IMG/VR virus record: IMGVR_UViG_3300037521_000345
Coordinates: 1-64,000 of that record
DNA length: 64,000 nucleotides
Direction: 5' to 3' (one strand)
From: a virus
Shown here: positions 10,454 through 19,526 of the stretch, in pieces
Position numbering within the stretch: position 1 is the first letter of the stretch
How the letters are laid out: each line of letters starts with the position of its first letter
Program-made: the position numbers and the translations under genes
Notes under the pieces: model-generated
The model's input: only the letters and a program-made list of their open reading frames with translations
Database searches by the model: none
Told to the model about the DNA's origin: nothing

Positions 10454-10822
10454 ATGCACTGCCACGTGTGTGGTCGTAAAGCGCACGTTTTGAATAACGG
10501 AAAAGGTCCCCTTATATGCTGTGGCCAACCAATGTCAAAGGTAGCAATTGCTGAGGCAGAAGGTTGGTCCAGCACACCGAAAGGATGGACAAGTGGTAGT
10601 ATTAAAAAGTTTGGACAATCCCTCGTTAAAGGTGGAGCAAAGAAAGAAAAGTTTTTTGAAAAGTGCGTTAAAAAAATGACAGGTAAAGTTGATAACCCAG
10701 AAGGATTTTGCGCTGGATTGAAAGATGAAGTTTCCGGTTCGACTTACTGGCGAGGAAAAGGAAAAACTCCACAACAAGCTGGTAAAGATGTTAAAGCACA
10801 TCAGAATGTTAGGAGGGGATAA
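10454..10822 (+). CDS. desulforedoxin-like FeS4 domain fused to unknown domain
   Basis: CHVCGRKAHVLNNGKGPLICCGQPM matches desulfoferrodoxin N-terminal CxxCG...CCGxPM. Confidence 0.75.
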   Translation: MHCHVCGRKAHVLNNGKGPLICCGQPMSKVAIAEAEGWSSTPKGWTSGSIKKFGQSLVKGGAKKEKFFEKCVKKMTGKVDNPEGFCAGLKDEVSGSTYWRGKGKTPQQAGKDVKAHQNVRRG

Positions 10823-10826
10823 TATA

Positions 10827-12059
10827 GTGTATAAATTATTAGATAATAAAGCTTACTTATCTGAATTAAAACAATTAAGTGTTTATGAAAACTTTATTAA
10901 AGAAGATAAAAAAGATGTTATAGATTTATATTTTGATGAAACTGATTATAAAAGTTATGCTAAAAGATTCAAAAAAGCAGTAGAAAAAGGATCAAACGTA
11001 TATAAAGATTTTAAAAAAGATGCAAGTCCACCTTTCACTACTTTAGATAAGGCAATTCAAGATAGAAATAAAAAAGCAGTTAAAAGTTCGATGGGTAAAG
11101 GAATAGCAATTGGAGTTGCTGCTGCTGTAATTATATATGCAGCATATCAAATATATAAGAGATTTTTAAGTAAAGCAGCTAAAGCTTGTAAAGGACAATC
11201 AGATAATGAAAAAACTTTATGTATGTATCAATATAAAATTAAAGCATTAGAAGCTGCTAGAAATGAGTTGACTAAAGGATTATCTAAATGTAAAGATGAT
11301 AAATGTCAAAGTATGGTTAAATCTAAAATAACAGCACACGTTTCTAAAATAAAGAAGTATAAATTAAAGTTGAGAGAAGATCAACCAATGAATTTTGTTG
11401 ATGGTTATTTAGAATATCTCAATGAGGATAGAGGACTTAATCTACCAATTGAAAGAGATGAAAAACCAAACTATATTAGAATGTGTATGATGCAAGAAGA
11501 TGATAGAGTTAAGATTCGTTGTCTTAGAAAAATAAAAGAGTTGACAGCAATGAATCCTTTTTATCAATATCGTATTGATAGATTTGTTGATGCTATTACA
11601 AATACTTATGAAGCAACTACTGAACCTGGATTCAATGAATATAATTTAGAGGAATCATTAAATATTCTTAATGAAACACTATCAACATCAGTTAAGAAAA
11701 AACTATTAAAAAGAAATAAAGTTGAAAAAATATCTTCTAATGAAATAGCAAAAGCTGAAAAAATATTACGAGTTAAATTTCATCCAGATTATAGATGGAT
11801 TGTTGAAAATTTTGGTTTTATTGACGAACCTAATATTGTTATATCTGGTCTTGGTGCACTCGATCAATTTGAAAATATTATTTTTTTAAATATAAAAATA
11901 ATAAAAAGTAAATTACCTCCTGATCATATTGCTATATCATATGAGAATAAATATAAAATGATTTTAGTCTTGAATAATAATAATGGTAAAATAGTTGATC
12001 TTAAAAATACAAAAGTTTTATTTGATAGTTTAAATGATTTGTTGTTGAGGACTTTATAA
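10827..12059 (+). CDS. multidomain protein: TM+Cys module, unknown domain, C-terminal SMI1/KNR4 (SUKH) domain
   Basis: AGGAGG SD before GTG 10827; YKRFLSKAAKACKG module; EIAKAEKILRVKFHPDYRWIVENFG SMI1/KNR4 signature. Confidence 0.7.
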   Translation: MYKLLDNKAYLSELKQLSVYENFIKEDKKDVIDLYFDETDYKSYAKRFKKAVEKGSNVYKDFKKDASPPFTTLDKAIQDRNKKAVKSSMGKGIAIGVAAAVIIYAAYQIYKRFLSKAAKACKGQSDNEKTLCMYQYKIKALEAARNELTKGLSKCKDDKCQSMVKSKITAHVSKIKKYKLKLREDQPMNFVDGYLEYLNEDRGLNLPIERDEKPNYIRMCMMQEDDRVKIRCLRKIKELTAMNPFYQYRIDRFVDAITNTYEATTEPGFNEYNLEESLNILNETLSTSVKKKLLKRNKVEKISSNEIAKAEKILRVKFHPDYRWIVENFGFIDEPNIVISGLGALDQFENIIFLNIKIIKSKLPPDHIAISYENKYKMILVLNNNNGKIVDLKNTKVLFDSLNDLLLRTL

Positions 12060-12595
12060 TGACTAAATCGGAATTTGTCATAATGGAACATAAAGCAAAG
12101 AGAGCAGGTCTACATTTTGACTTACGTTTTAAGATGCCAAAGTCAAATATGTGGGCATCATTTGCAGTTCCTAAAGGAATTCCAACTGAACCTGGTAAGA
12201 AAGTTTTAGCGATACGAACAACAGATCATACAAAAAAGGAAGCTTTATTCACAGGTGTTATTGATGATGGATATGGAGCTGGCAAATTAAATAAATGGGA
12301 TAGTGGTCGATGTGTTATATTGAAATACTCTACAATGCATATAGCAATAGACTTCAAGGGTAATAAAGTTCAAGGGTTATACCATCTTATTTCTACAACT
12401 AGAGCTGGTGATAAAGATAAAAAGAGTTATTTCTTATTTAAAAGTAAACCTGCTGATAAAATATATGAAGCTACTGGAATGATAAGTCGAATTCCATCAG
12501 GAGGAATAGTAGAAGATACTGAGGAGGATATAGGAGAGTTAACAACTCCAGATTTACCTTGGGATAAAACCCCCAGAACAGTGGGAAAGGAGTGA
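12059..12595 (+). CDS. stand-alone LigD 3'-phosphoesterase domain protein
   Basis: FVIMEHKAKRAGLHFDLRF, SFAVPKG, TTDH, YGAG...WDSG. Confidence 0.85.
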   Translation: MTKSEFVIMEHKAKRAGLHFDLRFKMPKSNMWASFAVPKGIPTEPGKKVLAIRTTDHTKKEALFTGVIDDGYGAGKLNKWDSGRCVILKYSTMHIAIDFKGNKVQGLYHLISTTRAGDKDKKSYFLFKSKPADKIYEATGMISRIPSGGIVEDTEEDIGELTTPDLPWDKTPRTVGKE

Positions 12596-12599
12596 GATA

Positions 12600-13106
12600 A
12601 TGGAGAGGTGTATTGTGCTCAATGGAGATTTTACATTCTTGAACACAGTGAGTTGGAAAAGAGCAATCTGTTTATTAATCAAAGAAAAAGCTGAAATATT
12701 AAAAGAATCAAATATATGTGTGAGAAATGGAGAAGGTGAAATATTTTGTAATATTCCTTTGGTTATAAAACTTATTAAAGTAATACGACTGATTTACAAG
12801 AATAGAGTTCCATTTAGTAAACGCAATATTATGGTTAGAGATGAATATAAATGTATGTATTGCGGCACATCTACCTCCTTAACAATAGATCATCTTATTC
12901 CAATTTCAAAAGGTGGTAAAAGTAATTTTGAAAATTGTGTTACTTCTTGTCAACCTTGTAATAATAAAAAAGGTAAACATACTCCTTCTGAAGTAAAAAT
13001 GTTTTTAAGAAAACAACCATACGCTCCAACTATATCAGAGTTTATAAGATTGAAAATGAAAAAACTTAAAATTGATGATTTCCTAAAAGAGCTGGGAGTA
13101 TATTAA
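12600..13106 (+). CDS. HNH endonuclease (McrA-like)
   Basis: RDEYKCMYCG, TIDHLIPISKGG, NCVTSCQPCNNKKG. Confidence 0.9.
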   Translation: MERCIVLNGDFTFLNTVSWKRAICLLIKEKAEILKESNICVRNGEGEIFCNIPLVIKLIKVIRLIYKNRVPFSKRNIMVRDEYKCMYCGTSTSLTIDHLIPISKGGKSNFENCVTSCQPCNNKKGKHTPSEVKMFLRKQPYAPTISEFIRLKMKKLKIDDFLKELGVY

Positions 13107-13540
13107 TGAACAAGCAAGATTATATAAATAATTTAAAAAAGACTGACTTACGTCCAGATAAAGTCAGAATTAAAGAACGACAAGAAGTAATTTTAATGGA
13201 AGATAAAACTTTAGTAGAACCAAAGTTACTTCAAGAGCTCTTTATTAAACTAGGTGAAATCACAGCTATGTCAAAAAATCCTAGAAAGGATATGGCAATT
13301 TTAAGATTAGCTGTTGTTGCTGAATATGATGCTGCTAGTTTATATGAACAAATGGCACAGCAAGTTTCCGCTCCTGAAATTAAAAAAGTTTTATTAGAAG
13401 TTGCAAATGAAGAGAAAGCACACATAGGAGAATTTGAATTTCTACTTGAGAAGATAGACCCAGATCATGAGAAACGAGAAAATGAAGGTGAGTCAGAAGC
13501 TATGAATCTGACTGGTTGGGATGAAGCACCAAGTGAATAA
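13106..13540 (+). CDS. ferritin-like / rubrerythrin-type diiron protein
   Basis: AEYDAASLYEQ...EVANEEKAHIGEF (ExxH ligands). Confidence 0.8.
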   Translation: MNKQDYINNLKKTDLRPDKVRIKERQEVILMEDKTLVEPKLLQELFIKLGEITAMSKNPRKDMAILRLAVVAEYDAASLYEQMAQQVSAPEIKKVLLEVANEEKAHIGEFEFLLEKIDPDHEKRENEGESEAMNLTGWDEAPSE

Positions 13541-13566
13541 AAAGTGAGATAATTTTAGTATTATTT

Positions 13567-13574
13567 AGAACAAA
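13567..13574 (+). promoter_or_regulatory. recurring intergenic motif B AGAACAAA
   Basis: TTTAGAACAAA upstream of 13608 gene. Confidence 0.55.
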
Positions 13575-13607
13575 TTAATACTAAAATGAATTGTAAGGAG
13601 GAATCTA

Positions 13608-14477
13608 GTGCGAATTTATGAAACTGTATTTAACATATCTGAAGAGTTTCTAAAAGAAGGACTACCAGTTTCCATCAATAATCAAGGAATTCAATACACT
13701 GCAAAAAAGATGCTTAGAGAAGGCATCGAAAAATTCCCCATTAAACAAATCACACAAGATCATATCTATCAAGCTGTACTTCAAGAATTTGTTGGTTGCT
13801 CAATAAACTATTGTTATTGGTATGGTACATCAAATATTAGACCATATAAATCTTCTTCCGGTAAAATGTATTCATTAGTAGAGAGTGCGTTTAAAAATTA
13901 TCAACGTGGTGATAATTTTGAGATTTGTATTCATAAATTAATTGAATATCTTTCTATTAATAGATTTCCCTTATTGGAGGAAAGAGAAAAACATTTAAAA
14001 GAGTTAATTACAGATGGTGAAGATTTTTGTATTGATATTTCTAATACTATTTTTTATAAAGATACAGATGATTATTATCCCTTCTTTGAACAATTGATTA
14101 CAACATTTCCAGGATATGCATCAGACATATTCCTTAAAAGAGCATCTCTTTTTTTTCTTCAAATGAATAGGCAATATGATTGGTTTAATTCAGTGAATAA
14201 TGAATTACCTGTTCCAGCAGATTATCAACTTCCCAAGATACTAAAAGAATTTAAATGTATTGAGTATGTTCCATATTTAAATATGTTAATTGAAAATGAA
14301 ATATTAATTCCAAAAGGATCCAAGGAAGAATGCTCTATTAGATCTGCAACAATCATAGCTTGTAAAGAATTACAAAGAGAGACTGGATGGGGAATTGCTG
14401 ATGTTGATGGTTGGTTGTGGTTAAAAAGAAAACAAATAAATACTCCATTCCATCTTACAATTACATCAGATTACTAA
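13608..14477 (+). CDS. queuosine salvage family hydrolase (DUF2419/QNG1-like)
   Basis: FLKRASL, PADYQLPKIL, IRSATI, VDGWLW, PFHLTITSDY. Confidence 0.7.
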   Translation: MRIYETVFNISEEFLKEGLPVSINNQGIQYTAKKMLREGIEKFPIKQITQDHIYQAVLQEFVGCSINYCYWYGTSNIRPYKSSSGKMYSLVESAFKNYQRGDNFEICIHKLIEYLSINRFPLLEEREKHLKELITDGEDFCIDISNTIFYKDTDDYYPFFEQLITTFPGYASDIFLKRASLFFLQMNRQYDWFNSVNNELPVPADYQLPKILKEFKCIEYVPYLNMLIENEILIPKGSKEECSIRSATIIACKELQRETGWGIADVDGWLWLKRKQINTPFHLTITSDY

Positions 14478-14487
14478 GGAGATAAAT

Positions 14488-16299
14488 ATGAAAGAGGTAA
14501 CACTATCGGAAAATGCATTAACTGTTGCAAAAAGTAGATATTTTATGAATGGTGAAGACTGGTTTGAATGTACCAAAAGAGCTGCTAATACTGTTGGAAT
14601 GCCAGAGATAGTTGATAAGAAAAAAACAACAGAATCATTTCATGAAATGATTTACAATAAAGATTTTATTCCAGGAGGTAGAATTTTAAGAAATAGTGCA
14701 AGACCAAGAGGGTCTTTATTCAATTGTTATCATTTACCCATTGGAGATTCTATTGAAGAGATTGGACAATTTTATAAGGATGCTTTAACACTCTGGTCAG
14801 AGGGAGGTGGTGTGGGCGTAAACTTCTCATCTCTTAGACCAAAGAACGATCAAATATTTGGTAAGGGTGGAAAGTCATCAGGTATGGTTAGTTTTATGGG
14901 AGGAGCTGATTTTATATCGAGACTAATTGAAAGCGGTGGAAGTAGACGTGCTGCTGCTATTGGTCATATTGATGTCTCACATCCTGAGTTGTTGGACTTC
15001 ATTGATGCAAAAATATCAAAACCAGATGTGGGCAAATGGTTAAAGGATGGAACCCCAGCAGAAATTCGTGAATATGTTAAGGAGAATGTAGATGTAGGAT
15101 CTCTATCTCATTTTAATATTTCTGTTATGGTGAATCATGAATTTCTTGAAAAAGTTGAAGGAGATAAAGATTGGTCATTTAAATTCAAACAAAAGAATTA
15201 TGGAACTGTTAAAGCAAGAGATATATGGAATAAAATAATTACCAATATGATAAACTGTGCTGAACCAGGATTGATTAATTGGTCAACCTTTTCAAAAAAT
15301 AACTCATATTATTTCGAACCAGTTCTTGGAACAAATCCTTGTGGAGAAACAACTCTTGGACCTTATGGTGTTTGTGATCTTGGTTCATTAGTCCTACCTA
15401 ATTTTATCACTGGTAATGTTAATACAAATTGGAAAAAACTTGAATATGTAATAAAGTTAGCAGTTCGTTTTTTAGATAATGTAATTGAAGTTAATAAATA
15501 TGTATTGAAAGAGATTGATATTAATGCTCATAAATCAAGACGTATTGGGATTGGAGTTATAGGACTTGCTGAATATCTATTTGCAAAAGGAACTAGATAC
15601 GGATCTCAAAAAGCAGTTCGTGAGACTGAAGCATTGATGCAATTTATTCGTAACACTGTTTATCAGGCATCAGTTGAATTGGCAATTGAAAAAGGAGCGT
15701 TTCCTCAATTTGATTCAATGCCATATGGTAAAGCATCATTTATTAGAAAACTACCAGCTCAATTAAGAATGGATATTAAAAAATATGGAGTTCGAAATTG
15801 TACATTAATGGCACTAGCTCCAACTGGAACAATTTCTCTGTTAGCTGATTATACCAGTGCAATAGAACCACTGTTTGCAAAAGCAATGAAACGTAATGAT
15901 AGAGTTAGTAGTAGAGTATATATTCATCCAAGGTATAAAGAGTTTATTGAAAGTAAAGAAGAGATACCTGAATGGTTTGTTGATTCATTTGATCTTGAAC
16001 CTAAAGATCATTTTGAAATGCAAGTAGCATGTCAAAGATATTGTGATGCTTCAGTAAGTAAGACAATCAATTTACCAAGTGATACAAAAGAAGAAGATTT
16101 AAGTGCTTTATTACTTGAATATATTTATGATCTTAAAGGTGTAACTGTATATCGTGATGGATCAAAGACGGGACAGATATTAAATAGAATGAATGAACAT
16201 GCTGTAAGGAACTATTTAACAACAAAAAATGCAAAGAATGTTGAAGTTAATTTAGATGTAGATCAAGTTCAATGTGCAACTGGCACATGCGATTTATAA
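14488..16299 (+). CDS. nrdJ: ribonucleotide reductase, probably class II (adenosylcobalamin-dependent)
   Basis: PGGRIL, LFNCY, GGGVG, TNPCGE, APTGT, SKTIN, C-terminal CATGTC; no small subunit gene nearby. Confidence 0.85.
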   Translation: MKEVTLSENALTVAKSRYFMNGEDWFECTKRAANTVGMPEIVDKKKTTESFHEMIYNKDFIPGGRILRNSARPRGSLFNCYHLPIGDSIEEIGQFYKDALTLWSEGGGVGVNFSSLRPKNDQIFGKGGKSSGMVSFMGGADFISRLIESGGSRRAAAIGHIDVSHPELLDFIDAKISKPDVGKWLKDGTPAEIREYVKENVDVGSLSHFNISVMVNHEFLEKVEGDKDWSFKFKQKNYGTVKARDIWNKIITNMINCAEPGLINWSTFSKNNSYYFEPVLGTNPCGETTLGPYGVCDLGSLVLPNFITGNVNTNWKKLEYVIKLAVRFLDNVIEVNKYVLKEIDINAHKSRRIGIGVIGLAEYLFAKGTRYGSQKAVRETEALMQFIRNTVYQASVELAIEKGAFPQFDSMPYGKASFIRKLPAQLRMDIKKYGVRNCTLMALAPTGTISLLADYTSAIEPLFAKAMKRNDRVSSRVYIHPRYKEFIESKEEIPEWFVDSFDLEPKDHFEMQVACQRYCDASVSKTINLPSDTKEEDLSALLLEYIYDLKGVTVYRDGSKTGQILNRMNEHAVRNYLTTKNAKNVEVNLDVDQVQCATGTCDL

Positions 16300-16309
16300 G
16301 GAGATTATT

Positions 16310-16846
16310 ATGCCTGGTAACACTATTAGAATTAACGAAAGTGATGATTTAGATTGGTATATTGGCGATAGTAAAATGGAAGAATTAATTGAATGGTTGG
16401 ATAAGAATGGAGTTAAAGTTGAAGCTAAAGTATGTAACTGTGGACCAGGTGATGGTTGTGATATATGTGTAAGTGAAAAAACATCTAAAATGTATTCATT
16501 AGATTTATGGATGGAAAAATTAATATATCCAGGTAAAGTTAAATACTTTTTTAAAGAGATTAAAGGATTTATTTCAGATGGACATCTTCATAGGGAATTT
16601 TGTCTTTTTACTGATCAATTTAAATATAGAATATATGCAATAGATAGACCCAATGAGGGAGGTTATTTAGGATGTCAAGTATCTTCTAGAAAAATGAGAG
16701 CAGGTGAAGATTGGTCAAGAGGAAATGATTTATCTGATGGTCCTTTTGTAATAGAGACTTGGTTTAAAATCTTAAATTCTATTGTTAATTATGAATTAGT
16801 GAAATTATCAGAATTCAAACAACCAGATTCTATACCTAGTGAATAA
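16310..16846 (+). CDS. hypothetical protein
   Basis: AAGGAG SD supports ATG 16310 within ORF 16274..16846. Confidence 0.7.
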   Translation: MPGNTIRINESDDLDWYIGDSKMEELIEWLDKNGVKVEAKVCNCGPGDGCDICVSEKTSKMYSLDLWMEKLIYPGKVKYFFKEIKGFISDGHLHREFCLFTDQFKYRIYAIDRPNEGGYLGCQVSSRKMRAGEDWSRGNDLSDGPFVIETWFKILNSIVNYELVKLSEFKQPDSIPSE

Positions 16847-16853
16847 GAACAAA
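16846..16853 (+). promoter_or_regulatory. recurring intergenic motif B AGAACAAA
   Basis: TAAGAACAAA before 16874 gene. Confidence 0.5.
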
Positions 16854-16873
16854 CATAAAAAGGGGTATAATTT

Positions 16874-17341
16874 ATGAAAGATGATACTACAGGAATGACT
16901 CAATTTGAAAAAAAGGTTCATGAATTACTTGTTATCTTTGAACATAACAGAACTGCAATTATGGATATGATAGGGGATCTAGAAAAAATGAAAGATAAAC
17001 TAGATACTATCTTTCCAGAAACAACTGATGCTCGTCATATGAGATTTTTTGAAGAGAAGGTTAAAGCTGTTTCAAGTTTTTTTAATGTTTTGCTTGATAT
17101 GAGAAAGGAGATTAATAAAAGTTTAAAAGATGAAATAGATATGAGAAGAAAAACTGAAGGTAAAGAAGATACTATAGATATTGAAAGTTTATTTGATATT
17201 CGTCAAGCAACAAGAACCATTGAGAAATTTAAAAGAAGTGCTGATAAAATCAAAGAAAAAAGATTAACTAATATAAGGGGTATGGAACTTCCAGAAGGAG
17301 TTAAAGTACCAGGAATAAACGCAAGTGAGGAAGGAGTATAA
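16874..17341 (+). CDS. hypothetical coiled-coil protein
   Basis: 155 aa ORF with SD. Confidence 0.7.
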   Translation: MKDDTTGMTQFEKKVHELLVIFEHNRTAIMDMIGDLEKMKDKLDTIFPETTDARHMRFFEEKVKAVSSFFNVLLDMRKEINKSLKDEIDMRRKTEGKEDTIDIESLFDIRQATRTIEKFKRSADKIKEKRLTNIRGMELPEGVKVPGINASEEGV

Positions 17342-17344
17342 AAT

Positions 17345-18577
17345 ATGGTAGATACAATTCAGGATGAGAATGGAGAAATCGGTGAAGGTACAATTTTAAA
17401 AAATTATACAGAAGAAGCAACAAAAGAAATGTTAGAAAGTGTGAAATTGAAAGAAGGTGGAGAACAAAAAATTGTTGAAAAAGAATCTATCAAGATTATA
17501 AAAGGACATGAAATAGTTGAAGATGTTGTAAAGACACAAGAGTTGTATGCAGACTTTAGTTCTTTTTTAGAAACTAAAGTAGAAATTGTAGCAGACGATG
17601 GACTCAAGGGAACTATTTCAACAGGCATTGATTTAGCAGATGCTATTTTAGGTGGTGGTTTTGCTATTGGTGCATTGAACATTATTGTTGGTCAACCTGG
17701 AAGTGGAAAGACTATGCTAGCTGCACAGACATTGGGCGAAGGACAAAAACAGCATAAAGGAAAATTATTAGGTGGATTTTTAGATTCAGAAGAAGCAACA
17801 ACATCAATGAGATTGGCAGCATTAGGAGTTAAATATCCAACCATCAAACCATATGTTGATATAACAGTTGAGAAAGTTTTTAAATTTCTTGAAGGTTTAT
17901 GTTTATTTAAACAGACTAAAAAAATAGTTGATACACCTTCTGTAGTTGTTTGGGATAGTATTGCAAATACATTATCACAAAAAGAAAGAGAAGCTGAAGA
18001 TGTTAATTCTGTTATTGGATATAAAGCAAGAATGCTTTCTATTTTAATTCCAAAGTATGTGGCGAAATGTGCTCAAAATAATATTTGTTTTATAGCAGTT
18101 AATCAATTAAGAGATGTTATCAAGATTGGTCAATTCGCTCCAGCAAAAGATTTAAAATTTATGACCGCTTCAAAGGATATGCCAGGAGGTAATGTTTTAA
18201 AATTTAATGCATTTCACTTAATAGAGATGAAAGTTAAATCTGTTATTGATCGTGATAAGATGGGGTTTGATGGTGTTGTTGCTAAAATGAAATGTGTTAA
18301 AAATAAACTGTTCGCACCAAATATTGAAATAGAAATAGTTGGTTCATTTACTGGAGGTTTTTCAAACTTTTGGACTAATTACAATTTTATGAATATAAAT
18401 AAAAGACTACAAACAGGTGCATGGAATTATTTAATTTCTTTACCAGATAAGAAATTTAGAACTAAAGATGCTTATACATTATATAAAGATGATGAAGTAT
18501 TTAGAAATGCGTTTGATGTGTCTTCCAAAGAAACAATTCAAACTGAAATAGTTGATAAATATAGTCAAACAATATAA
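17345..18577 (+). CDS. recA: RecA/UvsX recombinase
   Basis: STGIDLAD..LGGG, GQPGSGKT, DSE, VWDSIA, NQLRD, PGGNVLKF, VKNK. Confidence 0.9.
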   Translation: MVDTIQDENGEIGEGTILKNYTEEATKEMLESVKLKEGGEQKIVEKESIKIIKGHEIVEDVVKTQELYADFSSFLETKVEIVADDGLKGTISTGIDLADAILGGGFAIGALNIIVGQPGSGKTMLAAQTLGEGQKQHKGKLLGGFLDSEEATTSMRLAALGVKYPTIKPYVDITVEKVFKFLEGLCLFKQTKKIVDTPSVVVWDSIANTLSQKEREAEDVNSVIGYKARMLSILIPKYVAKCAQNNICFIAVNQLRDVIKIGQFAPAKDLKFMTASKDMPGGNVLKFNAFHLIEMKVKSVIDRDKMGFDGVVAKMKCVKNKLFAPNIEIEIVGSFTGGFSNFWTNYNFMNINKRLQTGAWNYLISLPDKKFRTKDAYTLYKDDEVFRNAFDVSSKETIQTEIVDKYSQTI

Positions 18578-18595
18578 AGATGTGTTCCTGTATTT

Positions 18596-18603
18596 AGAAC
18601 AAA
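18596..18603 (+). promoter_or_regulatory. recurring intergenic motif B AGAACAAA
   Basis: TTTAGAACAAA before KH gene. Confidence 0.55.
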
Positions 18604-18645
18604 ATATAAAGTTATATATTTGAAGGATAGAACCGAGAAGGAGAA

Positions 18646-18963
18646 ATGGTTATGGGTGATATGGCAAGACTATTACAAGAACAAGTTGAGAATTTTACAA
18701 AATTAGTTGTTGATTCCCCACGTGAAGTAGAAGTATCAACATCAATATCTACAAAAGCAGTTATTATACAAGTAAGGGTTGAAAAAGAAGATTGTGGAAA
18801 AATCATTGGTAAAAGGGGAAGAACTATTGAGTCTCTCAAAGTTCTTTGTCTAGCAGTAAAAAATACACAGTTTCCAGAAGATTCAAGGAGAGTTTTGCTT
18901 GAGGTTTTGGAAGACGAAAATTCTAGTTTTACATACAGTAGATCTACGAGGGAGGAAGATTAA
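18646..18963 (+). CDS. khpA: KH-domain RNA-binding protein, KhpA-like
   Basis: LVVDSPREVEV...DCGKIIGKRGRTIESL (GxxG loop), size typical of KhpA. Confidence 0.8.
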   Translation: MVMGDMARLLQEQVENFTKLVVDSPREVEVSTSISTKAVIIQVRVEKEDCGKIIGKRGRTIESLKVLCLAVKNTQFPEDSRRVLLEVLEDENSSFTYSRSTREED

Positions 18964-18965
18964 AG

Positions 18966-19526
18966 ATGTTAACTAAAGAATCTAAAATAAAAGTTCTTGA
19001 AGGTTTCTATGGAATTGATTATGCTATCTTTGGCAAATCATTAGGAAAGGTACCTAATTGCTGTCCTGTTATTAAAGAAGAATTTGTTTCTATTAAAGGT
19101 GCTCTTCTTTCTGTTTATATTGAGATGCTAAAATTAATGAAACATACACCAGCAGCATTAGAAGAAAAGATTAATATGGTAGCATTAAGAAATAATGCTA
19201 AACAATCTGCTATTTCAGCAAGAGAAGCTTCAAGAAAAGTTGTAACAACTGAAAAAGCAAGAGCTGATATTAAAGCTGAATTGAAAGAAGCATTAGCAGA
19301 GAATAAAAAACTTGATATTACAGTTCTAGTTGAAACCAAGATTAGAGAGAAAGCATTTAGATTAGCAGTTGATAATATTCTAGTAGCGCAAGCATTGCGT
19401 GAGGCACAAGATTTAGATTCTATGAAATCTTGGGAAGGAGAAATCATTGAAGATTCATATAAAATATTAAGAGATAGTTTATGTGAAACAGCAATGATGA
19501 TCCTGGATAATGACCAATCTGAGTAA
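18966..19526 (+). CDS. hypothetical protein
   Basis: 186 aa ORF with GGAGG SD. Confidence 0.7.
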   Translation: MLTKESKIKVLEGFYGIDYAIFGKSLGKVPNCCPVIKEEFVSIKGALLSVYIEMLKLMKHTPAALEEKINMVALRNNAKQSAISAREASRKVVTTEKARADIKAELKEALAENKKLDITVLVETKIREKAFRLAVDNILVAQALREAQDLDSMKSWEGEIIEDSYKILRDSLCETAMMILDNDQSE

